From the NCBI RefSeq assembly GCF_009914755.1, contig NC_060933.1: a stretch of 64,000 bases of DNA; one strand, written 5' to 3'. Below the pieces are notes generated by a model. That model saw only the letters and a program-made list of their open reading frames with translations. It was not told the origin of the DNA and made no database searches. The position numbers were made by a program, and so were the translations under genes. Positions 42,401 through 56,500 of this stretch are shown in pieces. This stretch comes from the human T2T-CHM13v2.0 reference genome, Homo sapiens. The stretch's first letter is position 1; each line of letters starts with the position of its first letter.

Positions 42401-45400
42401 AATTCCATTCCGTTCCATTCCATTCCATTATATTCGGATTGATTCTATTCAACTCCCGTACTCTCCATTACATTCCATTCCATTCGGGTTGTTCCATTCC
42501 ATTCCATTCCATTCCACTCCATTCCATTGCACTCGGGTTGATTCCATTCCATTCCATTCCATTCCGGAAGATTCCATTCCATTGCATTCCCTTACATTCC
42601 AATCCCCTGCACTCGCGTTGATTCCATTCCATTCCTTTCCATTCCATTCCATTCCATTCCATTCCATTCCATTCGTTTCCGTTCCATTTCATTCCATTCC
42701 ATTCCATTCCATTCCGTTCCGTTCCATTCCATTCCATTCCATTCTATTCGGGTTAATTCCATTCCATTCCATTCCATTGCAATCGAGTTGATTCCATTCC
42801 ATTCCATTCCATTCCATTCCATTCCATTCCTTTCCATTCCATTACGGATGATTCCATTCCATTGCATTCCATTCCATTCCATTTCCCTGTACTCGGGTTG
42901 ATTCCATTCCATTCCATTCCAATCCATGCCATTCCACTCGTGTTGATTCCATTCTTTCCATTCCATTCAAGTTGAATCCATTCCATTGCATTCCATTCCA
43001 TTCCATTCCATTCCCCCGCAGTCGGGTTGATTCCATTCCATTCCATTCCAATCCATTCCGTTCCTTTCCATTTAATTCCATTCCATTCTATTCGGGTTAA
43101 TTCCATTCCATTCCATTCCATTCCATTCCATTCCATTCCAATCGAGTTGATTCCATTCCATTCCATTCCTTTCCATTCCACTCCATTCCAGTCCTTTCCA
43201 TTCCATTCCCCTCGGGTTGATTCCAATGTATTCCTTTCCATTCCATTCCATTTCATTGCAATCGAGTTGATTCAATTTCTTTGCATTCCATTCCATTCTA
43301 TTCCATTCCGGATGATTCCATTCCATTGCATTCCATTCCATTCGGTTCCCCTGCACACGGGTTGATTCCATTCCATTCCACTCCATTCCGTTCCATTCCA
43401 TTCCATTCCGTTGTATTCGGGTTAATTCCATTCCATTCCATTCCATTCCATTCCATTCCAATCCATTACAATCGAGTTGATTCCATTCCATTCCATTCCA
43501 TTCCATTCCATTCCATTCCAGTCCTTTCCATTCCATTCCACTCGGGTTGATTCCATTCTATTAGTTTCCATTCCATTCCATTCCCTTCCATTCCACTCTG
43601 GTTGATTCCATTCCTTTCCATTCCACTCGAATACATTCCCTCCTATTCCACTCGGAACGATTCCATTCCATTCCATTCCATTCCATTCCATTCCATTCCA
43701 TTCCATTTCGTTCCATTCCATTCTATTCCGTACCATTCCATTCCATTCCATTCCTTTCCATTCCATTCCATTCCACTCGTGTTGATTCCATTCCTTTCCA
43801 TTCCACTCGAATACATTCCCTCCTATTCCACTCGGAACGATTCCATTCCATTCCATTCCATTTCGTTCCATTCCATTCTATTCCGTACCATTCCATTCCA
43901 TTCCATTCCATTCCATTCCATTCCATTCCATTCCATTGTACTCGGGTTGATTCCATTCCATTGCATTCCATTCCATTCCATTCCATTCCATTCTATTCCA
44001 TTCCATTCCGTTGCATTCCATTCCATTACATTAGGATTGATTCTATTCAACTCACTTACTCCCCATTACATTCCATTCCATTCGGGTTGTTCCATTCCAT
44101 TCCACTCCATTCCATTGCTCTCGGGTTGATTCCATTCCATTCCATTCCATTCCATTCCATTCCATTCCGGATAATTCCATTCCATTACATTCCGTTCCAT
44201 TACATTCCCCTGCACTCGCGTTGATTCCATTCCATTCCATTCCGTTCCATTCCATTCCATTCCATTCCATTCGATTCCGTTCCTTTCCATTCCGTTCCAT
44301 TCCATTCTATTCGGGTTAATTCCATTCCATTCCATTCGATTGCAATCGAGTTGATTCCATTCCATTGCATTCCATTCCATTCGATTCCATTCGATTTCAC
44401 TCGGGTTGATTCCATTCCATTGCATTCCATTCTATTCCATTCCATTCCATTCCATTCCATTCCATTCCATTCCTTTCAGTTCCATTCCTTTCCATTACAT
44501 TCGTATTGATTCTCTTCAATTCCCTTACACTCCATTACATTCCATTCCATTCGGGTAGTTTCCACTCCATTCCATTCCATTCCTCTCCATTCCATTGCAC
44601 TCGGGTTGATTCCATTCCATTGCATTCCATTCCATTCCATTCAATTCCATTCCGTTCCATTCCATTCCATTAAATTACATTCGGATTGATTCTATTCAAC
44701 TCCCTTACACTCCATTACATTCCATTCCATTCGGGTTGTTCCATTCCATTCCATTCCATTCCACTCCATTCCATTGCACTCGGGTTGATTCCATTCCATT
44801 CCATTCCATTCCATTCCGGAAGATTCCATTCCATTGCATTCCATTACATTCCATTCCCCTGCACTCGCTTTGATTCCATTCCATTCCATTCCATTCCATT
44901 CCATTCCGTTCCGTTCCATTCCATTCCATTCCATTCCATTCCATACCGTTCCGTTCCATTCCATTCCATTCCATTCTATTCGGGTTAATTCCATTCCATT
45001 CCATTCCATTCCATTCCATTCCGGAAGATTCCATTCCATGGCATTCCATTCCATTCCATTCCCCTGCACTCGCGTTGATTCCATTCCATTCCATTCCATT
45101 CCATTCCATTCCATTCCATTCCATTCCATTCCTTTCCGTTCCATTCCATTTTATTCCATTCCAATCCGTTCCGTTCCCTTCTGTTCCGTTCCATTCCATT
45201 CCATTCCATTCTATTCGGTTTAATTCCATTCCATTCCATTCCATTCCATTCCATTCCATTCTATTCCATTCCATTGCAATCGAGTTGAATCCATTGCATT
45301 CCATTCCATTCCATTCCGGAAGATTCCATTCCATTCCATTCCATTCCATTCCTTTCCATTCCAGTCTTTTCCATTCCATTCCACTCGGGTTGATTGCATT

Positions 45401-47142
45401 CTATTAGTTTCCATTCCATTCCATTCCCTTCCATTCCACTCTGGTTGATTCCATTCCTTTCCATTCCACTCGAATACATTCCCTCCTATTCCACTCGGAA
45501 CGATTCCATTCCATTCCATTCCATTCCATTCCATTCCATTCCATTCCATTCCATTTCGTTCCATTCCATTCTATTCCGTATCATTCCATTCCATTCCATT
45601 CCATTCCATTCCATTCCATTCCATTCCACTCGTGTTGATTCCATTCCTTTCCATTCCATTCGGTTTGAAGGCATTCCATTCCATTCCATTCCATTCCATT
45701 CCATACCATTCCATTGTACTCGGGTTGATGCCATTTCATTGCATTCCATTCCATTCCATTCCATTCCATTCCATTCCATTCCGTTGCATTCCATTCCATT
45801 ACATTCGGATTGATTCTATTCAACTCCCTTACTCTCCATTACGTTCCATTCCATTTGGGTTGTTCCATTCCTTTCCATTCCATTCCACTCCATTCCATTG
45901 TACTCGGGTTGATTCCATTCCATTCCATTCCATTCCATTCCATTCCGGATGATTCCATTCCATTGCATTCCGTTCCTTTACATTCCCCTGCACTCGCGTT
46001 GATTCCATTCCATTCCATTCCATTCCATTCAATTCCATTCCATTACAATTCGTTCCATTCCATTCTATTCCGTACCATTCCATTCCATTCCATACCATTC
46101 CATTCCATTCCATTCCATTCCATTCCATTCCATTCCGTTCCATTCCGTTCCATTCCATTCCATTCCATTCTATTCGGGTTAATTCCATTCCATTCCATTC
46201 CATTCCATTCCATTCCATTCCATTCCATTCTATTCCATTCCATTGCAGTCGAGTTGAATCAATTGCATTTCATTCCATTCCATTCCATTCAATTCCATTC
46301 CGGAAGAGATTATTCCATTCCATTGCATTCCATTCCATTCCATTCCCCTGCACTCGCGTTCATTCCATTCCATTCCATTCCATTCCATTCCATCCATTCC
46401 GTTCCGTTCCGTTCCATTCCATTCCATTCCATTCCGTTCCGTTCCATTCCATTCCATTCCATTCTATTCGGGTTATTTCCATTCCATTCCATTCGATTGC
46501 AATCGAGTTGATTCCATTCCATTCCATTCCATTCCATTCCATTCTTTCCATTCCATTACGGATGATTCCATTCCATTGCATTCCATTCCATTCCATTCCC
46601 CTGTACTCGGGTTGATTCCATTCCATTCCATTCCAATCCATGCCATTCCACTCGTGTTGATTCCATTCTTTCCATTCCATTCAAGTTGAGTCCATTCCAT
46701 TGCATTCCATTCCATTCGATTCCATTCGATTGCACTCGGGTTGATTCCATTCCATTGCATTGCATTCCATTCCATTCCATTCCATTCCATTCCATTCCGT
46801 TCCATTCCATTCCATTACATTCGGATTGATTCTATTCAATTCCCTTACACTCCATTACATTCCATTCCATTCGGGTAGTTTCCATTCCATTCCATTCCAT
46901 TCCTCTCCATTCCATTGAACTCGGTTTGATTCCATTCCATTCCATTCCATTCCATTCCATTCAATTCCATTCCGTTCCATTCCATTCCATTACATTCGGA
47001 TTGATTCTATTCAACTCCCTTACTCTCCATTACATTCGATTCCATTCGACTTGTTCCATTCCATTCCATTCCATTCCACTCCATTCCATTGCACTCGGGT
47101 TTATTCCATTCCATTCCATTCCATTCCATTCCATTCCATTCC

Positions 47143-47157
47143 ATTCCGGAAGATTCC
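47143..47157. promoter_or_regulatory. Putative heat-shock element nearest the junction on the left
   Basis: attccggaagattcc = nTTCn nGAAn nTTCn. Motif match only. Confidence 0.4.
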
Positions 47158-48710
47158 ATTCCATTGCATTCCATTCCATTCCATTCCCCTTCACTCGCGT
47201 TGATTCCATTCCATTCCGTTCCATTCCATTCCATTCCATTCCATTCCATTCCTTTCCATTCCATTCCATTCCATTCCATTCCAATCCATTCCATTCCGTT
47301 CCTTTCCGTTCCATTCCATTCCATTCCATTCTATTCGGGTTAATTCCATTCCATTCCATTCGATTGCAATCGAGTTGATTCCATTCCATTCTATTCCATT
47401 CCATTCCATTCCTTTCCATTCCATTACGGATGATTCCATTCCATTGCATTCCATTCCATTCCATTCCCCTGTACTCGGGTTGATTCCATTCCATTCCATT
47501 CCAATCCACGCCATTCCACTCGTGTGGATTCCATTCTTTCCATTCCATTCAAGTTGAATCCATTCCATTGCATTCCATTCCATTCCATTACCCTGCAGTC
47601 GGGTTGATTCCATTCCATTCCATTCCATTCCATTCCATTCCATTCCATTCCATTCTGTTCCGTTCCATTCCATTCCATTCCATTCTATTCGGTTTAATTC
47701 CATTCCATTCCATTCCATTCCATTCCAATCGAGTTGATTCCATTCCATTCCATTCCATTCCATTCCACTCCATTCCAGTCCTTTCCATTCCATTCCACTC
47801 GCGTTGATTCCAATGTATTCCTTTCCATTCCATTCCATTCCATTGCAATCGAGTTGATTCCATTGCTTTGCATTCCATTCCATTCCATTCCATTCCGGAT
47901 GATTCCATTCCATTGCATTCCATTCCATTCCATTCCCCTGCACTCGGGTTGATTCCATTCAATTCCACTCCATTCCGTTCCATTCCATTCCATTCCATTG
48001 TATTCGGGTTAATTCCATTCCATTCCATTCCATTCCATTCCATTCCATTACAATCGAGTTGATTCCATTCCATTCCATTCCATTCCAGTCCTTTCCATTC
48101 CATTCCACTCGGGTTGATTCCATTCTATTAGTTTCCATTCCAATCCATTCCCATCCATTCCACTCTGGTTGATACCATTCCTTTCCATTCCACTCGAACA
48201 CATTCCCTCCTATTCCACTCGGAACGATTCCATTCCATTCCATTCCATTCCATTCCATTCCATTCCATTCCATTTCGTTCCATTCCATTCCATTTCGTTC
48301 CATTCCATTCTATTCCGTATCTTTCCATTCCATTCCATTCCATTCCATTCCATTCCATTCCATTGTACTCGGGTTGATTCCATTCCATTGCATTCCATTC
48401 CTTTCCATTCCATTCCATTCCGTTGCATTCCATTCCATTACTTTCGGATTGATTCTATTCAACTCCCTTACTCTCCATTACATTCCACTCCATTCGGGTT
48501 GTTCCATTCCATTCCATTCCATTCCACTCCATTCCATTGCACTCGGGTTGATTCCATTCCATTGCATTCCATGCCATTCCATTCCATTCCGGATGATTTC
48601 ATTCCATTGCATTCCGTTCCATTACATTCCCCTGCACTCGCGTTGATTCCTTTCCATTCCATTCAATTCCATTCCATTACAATTCGTTCCATTCCATTCT
48701 ATTCCGTACC

Positions 48711-48809
48711 ATTCCATTCCATTCCATACCATTCCTTTCCATTCCATTCCATTCCATTCGGAATGGAATGGAATGGAATGGAAAGGAATCGTATGGAATG
48801 GAATGGAAT
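48711..48809. other. Inversion junction: near-perfect palindrome with 49-bp arms, 1-nt spacer (G48760) and one mismatch
   Basis: The reverse complement of 48711-48759 is gaatggaatggaatggaatggaaaggaatggtatggaatggaatggaat. Positions 48761-48809 read gaatggaatggaatggaatggaaaggaatcgtatggaatggaatggaat, differing only at 48790. Confidence 0.9.
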
Positions 48810-49014
48810 CAACTCGATTGCAATCGAATGGAATGGAATGGAATTAACCTGAATAGAATGGAATGGAATGGAATGGAACGGAACGGAATGGAATGGAATG
48901 GAATGGAATGGAATGGAATGGAACGGAAAGGAAGGGAATTGAATGGAATAGAATGGAATGGAATGGAATCAACGCGAGTGCAGGGGAATGGAATGGAATG
49001 GATTGCAATGGAAT

Positions 49015-49029
49015 GGAATCTTCCGGAAT
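49015..49029. promoter_or_regulatory. Putative heat-shock element nearest the junction on the right
   Basis: ggaatcttccggaat = nGAAn nTTCn nGAAn. Motif match only. Confidence 0.4.
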
Positions 49030-50569
49030 GGAATGGAATGGAATGGAATGGAACAACCCAGATGGAATGGAATGTAATGGAGAGTAAGGGAGTTGAATAG
49101 AATCAATCCGAATGTAATGGAATGGAATGGAAAGGAATGGAATGGAATGGAATGCAATGGAATGGAATCAACCCGAGTACAATGGAATGGAATGGAATGG
49201 AACGGAATGGAATGGAATGGAATGGAATCAACCCGAGTACACGGGAATGGAATGGAATGGAATGCAATGGAATGGAATCATCCGTAATGGAATGGAAAGG
49301 AATGGAATGGAATGGAATGGAATGGAATGGAATGGAATGGAATGGAATCAACTCGATTGCAATCGAATGGAATGGAATGGAATTAACCCGAATAGAATGG
49401 AATGGAATGGAATGGAACGGAACGGAACGGAATGGAATGGAATGGAATGGAATGGAACGGAACGGAACGGAGTGGAATGGAATGGAATGGAATGGAATGG
49501 AATCAACGCGAGTGCAGGGGAATGGAATGGAATGGAATGCAATGGAATGGAATCTTCCGGAATGGAATGGAATGGAATGGAATGGAAGGAAATGCAATGG
49601 ATTCAACTCGATTGCAATGGAATGGAAAAGAATGGAATGGAATGGAATTAATCCGAATGGAATGGGATGGAACGGAATGGAACGGAATGGAATGGAATGG
49701 AATGGTATGGAATGGAATGGAATGGTACGGAATATAATGGAATGGAACGAATTGTAATGGAATGGAATGGAATGGAATGGAATGGAATGGAATGGAATCA
49801 ACGCGAGTGCCGGGGAATGTAATGGAACGGAATGCAATGGAATGGAATCATCCGGAATGGAATGGAATGGAATGGAATGGAATGGAATGGAATGGAATGG
49901 AATGGAATGGAATCAACCCGAGTGCAATGGAATGGAGTGGAAAGGAATGGAATGGAATGGAACAACCCGAATGGAATGGAATGTAATGGAGAGTAAGGGA
50001 GTTGAATAGAATCAATCCGAATGTAATGGAATGGAATGCAACGGAATGGAATGGAATGGAATGGAATGGAATGCAATGGAATGGAATGCAATGGAATTGA
50101 ATCAACCCGAGTACAATGGAATGGAATGGAATGGAATGGAATGGAATGGAATGGAATGGAATGATACGGAATAGAATGGAATGGAACGAAATGGAATGGA
50201 ATGGAATGGAATGGAATGGAATGGAATGGAATGGAATGGAATCGTTCCGATTGGAATAGGAGGGAATGTATTCGAGTGGAATGGAAAGGAATGGTATCAA
50301 CCAGAGTGGAATGGAAGGGAATGGAATGGAAAGGAAATTAATAGAATGGAATCAACCCGAGTGGAATGGAATGGAAAGGACTGGAATGGAATGGAATGGA
50401 ATGGAATCAACTCGATTGTAATGGAATGGAATGGAATGGAATGGAATGGAATTAACCCGAATACAATGGAATGGAATGGAACGGAACGGAATGGAGTGGA
50501 ATGGAATGGAATCAACCCGAGTGCAGGGGAATGGAATGGAATGCAATGACATGGAATGGAATCATCCGG

Positions 50570-53500
50570 AATGGAATGGAATGGAATGGAATGGAATGCA
50601 AAGCAATGGAATCAACTCGATTGCAATGGAATGGAATGGAATGGAAAGGAATACATTGGAATCAACCCGAGTGGAATGGAATCGAAAGGACTGGAATGAG
50701 TGGAATGGAATGGAATGGAATGGAATGGAATCAATTCGATTGGAATGGAATGGAATGGAATGGAATGGAATGGAATGGAATTAACCCGAATGGAATGGAA
50801 TGGAATGGAATGGAACGGAACGGAATGGAATGGAATGGAATGGAATGGAACGGAATGGAATGGAATCAACCCGACTGCAGGGGAATGGAACGGAATGGAA
50901 TGCAATGGAATGGATTCAACTTGAATGGAATGGAAAGAATGGAATCAACACGTGTGGAATGGCATGGATTGGAATGGAATGGAATGGAATCAACCCGAGT
51001 ACAGGGGAATGGAATGGAATTGAATGCAATGGAATGGAATCATCAGTAATGGAATGGAATGGAAAGGAATGGAATGGAATGGAATGGAATGGAATAGAAT
51101 GGAATGGAATCAACTCGATTGCAATCGAATGGAATGGAATGGAATTAACCCGAATAGAATGGAATAGACTGGAATGGAACGGAACGGAACGGAATGGAAT
51201 GGATTGGAATGGAATGGAATGGAATGGAACGGAAAGGAATGGAATGGAATGGAATGGAATGGAATAGAATGGAATGGAATGGAATCAACGCGAGTGCAGG
51301 GGAATGGAATGGAATGGAATGCAATGGAATGGAATCTTCCGGAATGGAATGGAATGGAATGGAATGGAATGGAATGGAATGGAATAAACCTGAGTGCAAT
51401 GTAATGGAGTGGAATGGAATGGAATGGAATGGAACAACCCGAATGGAATGGAATGTAATGGAGAGTAAGGTAGTTGAATAGAATCAATCCGAATGTAATG
51501 GAATGGAATGGAACGGAATGGAATTGAATGGAATGGAATGGAATGCAATGGAATGGAATCAACCCGAGTGCAATGGAATGGAGAGGAATGGAATGGAATG
51601 GAATGGAAACTACCCGAATGGAATGGAATATAATGGAGTGTAAGGCAATTGAATAGAATAAATCCGAATGTAATGGAATGGAATGGAACGGAATGGAATG
51701 GAATGGAATGGAATGGAATCAACCCGAGTGCAATGGAATGGAATCAAATGGAATGGAATGGATTCAACCCGAATGGAATGGAAAGGTATAGAATCAACCT
51801 GAGTGGAATGGCATGGAATGGAATGGAATGGAATGGAATGGAATGGAACGGAACGGAACGGAACGGAAAGGAATGGAATGGAATGGAACGGAACGGAACG
51901 GAATGGAATGGAATGGAATGGAATGGAATGGAATGGAATGGAATCAACGCGAGTGCAGGGGAATGGAATGAAATGGAATGCAATGGAATGGAATCTTCCG
52001 GAATGCAATGGAATGGAATCGAATGGAATGAAATTCAATCGATTCAACTCGATTGCAATGGAATGGAATAGAATGGAATGGAATGGAATGGAATGGAATT
52101 AATCCGAATAGAATGGAATGGAATGGAATGGAACGGAATGGAACGGAATGGAATGGAATGGAATGGAATGGTATGGAATGGAATGGAATGGTACGGAATA
52201 GAATGGAATGGAACGAATTGTAATGGAATGGAATTGAATGGAATGGAATGGAATGGAATGGAATCAACGCGAGTGCAGGGGAATGTAATGGAACGGAATG
52301 CAATGGAATGGAATCATCCGGAATGGAATGGAATGGAATGGAATGGAATGGAATGGAATGGAATGGAATCAACCCGAGTGCAATGGAATGGAGTGGAATG
52401 GAATGGAATGGAATGGAACAACCCGAATGGAATGGAATGTAATGGAGAGTAAGGGAGTTGAATAGAATCAATCCAAATGTAATGGAATGGAATGCAACGG
52501 AATGGAATGGAATGGAATGGAATGGAATGGAATGGAATGCAATGGAATTGAATCAACCCGAGTACAATGGAATGGAATGGAATGGAATGGAATGGAATGG
52601 AATGGAATGGAATGATACGGAATAGAATGGAATGGAACGAAATGGAATGGAATGGAATGGAATGGAATGGAATGGAATGGAATGGAATGGAATGGAATGG
52701 AATCGTTCCGAGTGGAATGGGAGGGAATGTATTCGAGTGGAATGGAAAGGAATGGTATCAACCAGAGTGGAATGGAAGGGAATGGAATGGAATGGAAATT
52801 AATAGAATGGAATCAACCCGAGTGGAATGGAATGGAAAGGACTGGAATGGAATGGAATGGAATGGAATCAACTCGATTGTAATGGAATGGAATGGAATGG
52901 AATGGAATGGAATGGAATTAACCCGAATACAATGGAATGGAATGGAATGGAATGGAGTGGAATGGAATGGAATCAACCCGAGTGCAGGGGAATGGAATGG
53001 AATGGAATGCAATGGAATGTAATCATCCGGAATGGAATGGAATGGAATGGAATGCAAAGCAATGGAATCAACTCGATTGCAATGGAATGGAATGGAATGG
53101 AAAGGAATACATTGGAATCAACCCGAGTGGAATGGAATGGAAAGGACTGGAATGGAGTGGAATGGAATGGAATGGAATGGAATGGAATCAACTCGAATGG
53201 AATGGAATGGAATGGAATGGAATGGAATGGAATTAACCCGAATAGAATGGAATGGAATGGAATGGAACGGAACGGAATGGAATGGAATGGAATGGAATGG
53301 AATGGAATGGAATGGAATGGAATCAACCCGACTGCAGGGGAATGGAATGGAATGGAACGCAATGGAATGGATTCAACTTGAATGGAATGGAAAGAATGGA
53401 ATCAACACGAGTGGAATGGCATGGACTGGAATGGAATGGAAAGGAATCAACCCGAGTACAGGGGAATGGAATGGAATGGAATGCAATGGAATGGAATCAT

Positions 53501-56500
53501 CCGTAATGGAATGGAAAGGAATGGAATGGAATGGAATGGAATGGAATGGAATGGAATGGAATCAAATCGATTGCAATCGAATGGAATGGAATGGAATTAA
53601 CCCGAATAGAATGGAATGGAATGGAAAGGAACGGAACGGAACGGAATGGAATGGATTGGAATGGAATGGAATGGAATGGAATGGAAACAACGCGAGTGCA
53701 GGGGAATGGAATGGAATGGTATGCAATGGAATGGAATCTTCCGGAATGGAATGGAATGGAATGGAATGGAATGGAATGGAATGGAATAAACCCGAGTGCA
53801 ATGGAATGGAGTGGAATGGAATGGAATGGAATGGAACAACCCGAATGGAATGGAATGTAATGGAGAGTAAGGGAGTTGAATAGAATCAAACCGAATGTAA
53901 TGGAATGGAATGGAACGGAATGGAATTGAATGGAATGGAATGGAATGCAATGGAATGGAATCAACCCGAGTGCAATGGAATGGAGAGGAATGGAATGGAA
54001 TGGAAACTACCCGAATGGAATGGAATGGAATGGAGTGTAAGGGAATTGAATAGAATCAATCCGAATGTAATGGAAAGGAATGGAATGGAATGGAATGGAA
54101 TAGAATGCAATGGAATGGAATCAACCCGAGTGCAATCGAATGGAATCGAATGGAATGGAATGCAATGGAATGGATTCAACTTGAATGGAATGGAAAGAAT
54201 GGAATCAACAGGAGTGGAATGGCATGGATTGGAATGGAATGGAATGGAATCAACCCGAGTACAGGGGAATGGAATGGAATGGAATGCAATGGAATGGAAT
54301 CATCCGGAAGGGAATGGAAAGGAATGGAATGGAATGGAATGGAATGGAATGCAAAGCAATGGAATCAACTCGATTGCAATGGAATGGAATGGAATGGAAA
54401 GGAATACATTGGAATCAACCCGAGTGGAATGGAATCGAAAGGACTGGAATGAGTGGAATGGAATGGAATGGAATGGAATGGAATCAATTCGATTGGAATG
54501 GAATGGAATGGAATGGAATGGAATGGAATGGAATGGAATTAACCCGAATGGAATGGAATGGAATGGAATGGAACGGAACGGAATGGAATGGAATGGAATG
54601 GAATGGAACGGAATGGAATGGAATCAACCCGACTGCAGGGGAATGGAACGGAATGGAATGCAATGGAATGGATTCAACTTGAATGGAATGGAAAGAATGG
54701 AATCAACACGTGTGGAATGGCATGGATTGGAATGGAATGGAATGGAATCAACCCGAGTACAGGGGAATGGAATGGAATTGAATGCAATGGAATGGAATCA
54801 TCAGTAATGGAATGGAATGGAAAGGAATGGAATGGAATGGAATGGAATGGAATAGAATGGAATGGAATCAACTCGATTGCAATCGAATGGAATGGAATGG
54901 AATTAACCCGAATAGAATGGAATAGACTGGAATGGAACGGAACGGAACGGAATGGAATGGATTGGAATGGAATGGAATGGAATGGAACGGAAAGGAAAGG
55001 AATGGAATGGAATGGAATGGAATAGAATGGAATGGAATGGAATCAACGCGAGTGCAGGGGAATGGAATGGAATGGAATGCAATGGAATGGAATCTTCCGG
55101 AATGGAATGGAATGGAATGGAATGGAATGGAATGGAATGGAATAAACCTGAGTGCAATGTAATGGAGTGGAATGGAATGGAATGGAATGGAACAACCCGA
55201 ATGGAATGGAATGTAATGGAGAGTAAGGGAGTTGAATAGAATCAATCCGAATGTAATGGAATGGAATGGAACGGAATGGAATTGAATGGAATGGAATGGA
55301 ATGCAATGGAATGGAATCAACCCGAGTGCAATGGAATGGAGAGGAATGGAATGGAATGGAATGGAAACTACCCGAATGGAATGGAATATAATGGAGTGTA
55401 AGGCAATTGAATAGAATAAATCCGAATGTAATGGAATGGAATGGAACGGAATGGAATGGAATGGAATGGAATGGAATGGAATCAACCCGAGTGCAATGGA
55501 ATGGAATCAAATGGAATGGAATGGATTCAACCCGAATGGAATGGAAAGGTATAGAATCAACCCGAGTGGAATGGCATGGAATGGAATGGAATGGAATGGA
55601 ATGGAATGGAACGGAACGGAACGGAACGGAAAGGAATGGAATGGAATGGAAGGGAACGGAACGGAACGGAATGGAATGGAATGGAATGGAATGGAATGGA
55701 ATGGAATGGAATCAACGCGAGTGCAGGGGAATGGAATGAAATGGAATGCAATGGAATGGAATCTTCCGGAATGCAATGGAATGGAATGGAATGGAATGAA
55801 ATTCAATCTATTCAACTCGATTGCAATGGAATGGAATAGAATGGAATGGAATGGAATGGAATGGAATTAATCCGAATAGAATGGAATGGAATGGAATGGA
55901 ACGGAATGGAACGGAATGGAATGGAATGGAATGGAATGGTATGGAATGGAATGGAATGGTACGGAATAGAATGGAATGGAACGAATTGTAATGGAATGGA
56001 ATTGAATGGAATGGAATGGAATGGAATGGAATCAACGCGAGTGCATGGGAATGTAATGGAACGGAATGCAATGGAATGGAATCATCCGGAATGGAATGGA
56101 ATGGAATGGAATGGAATGGAATGGAATGGAATGGAATCAACCCGAGTGCAATGGAATGGAGTGGAATGGAATGGAATGGAATGGAACAACCCGAATGGAA
56201 TGGAATGTAATGGAGAGTAAGGGAGTTGAATAGAATCAATCCAAATGTAATGGAATGGAATGCAACGGAATGGAATGGAATGGAATGGAATGGAATGGAA
56301 TGCAATGGAATTGAATCAACCCGAGTACAATGGAATGGAATGGAATGGAATGGAATGGAATGGAATGGAATGGAATGATACGGAATAGAATGGAATGGAA
56401 CGAAATGGAATGGAATGGAATGGAATGGAATGGAATGGAATGGAATGGAATGGAATGGAATCGTTCCGAGTGGAATGGGAGGGAATGTATTCGAGTGGAA

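Larger units (their letters stand above)
1..48759 (+). repeat. HSat3 block with the C-rich (CATTC) strand on +
   Basis: Continuous CATTC orientation up to ...attccattc at 48759. Confidence 0.97.

Noticed and set aside
48700-48820. Transposon insertion or target-site duplication at the strand switch
   Set aside because: No non-satellite bases, poly-A tail or flanking direct repeat; only one spacer nucleotide.
48169-48852. ORF switching from IPFHS repeats to WNGME repeats, resembling a two-domain protein
   Set aside because: It is simply read-through across the inversion junction.
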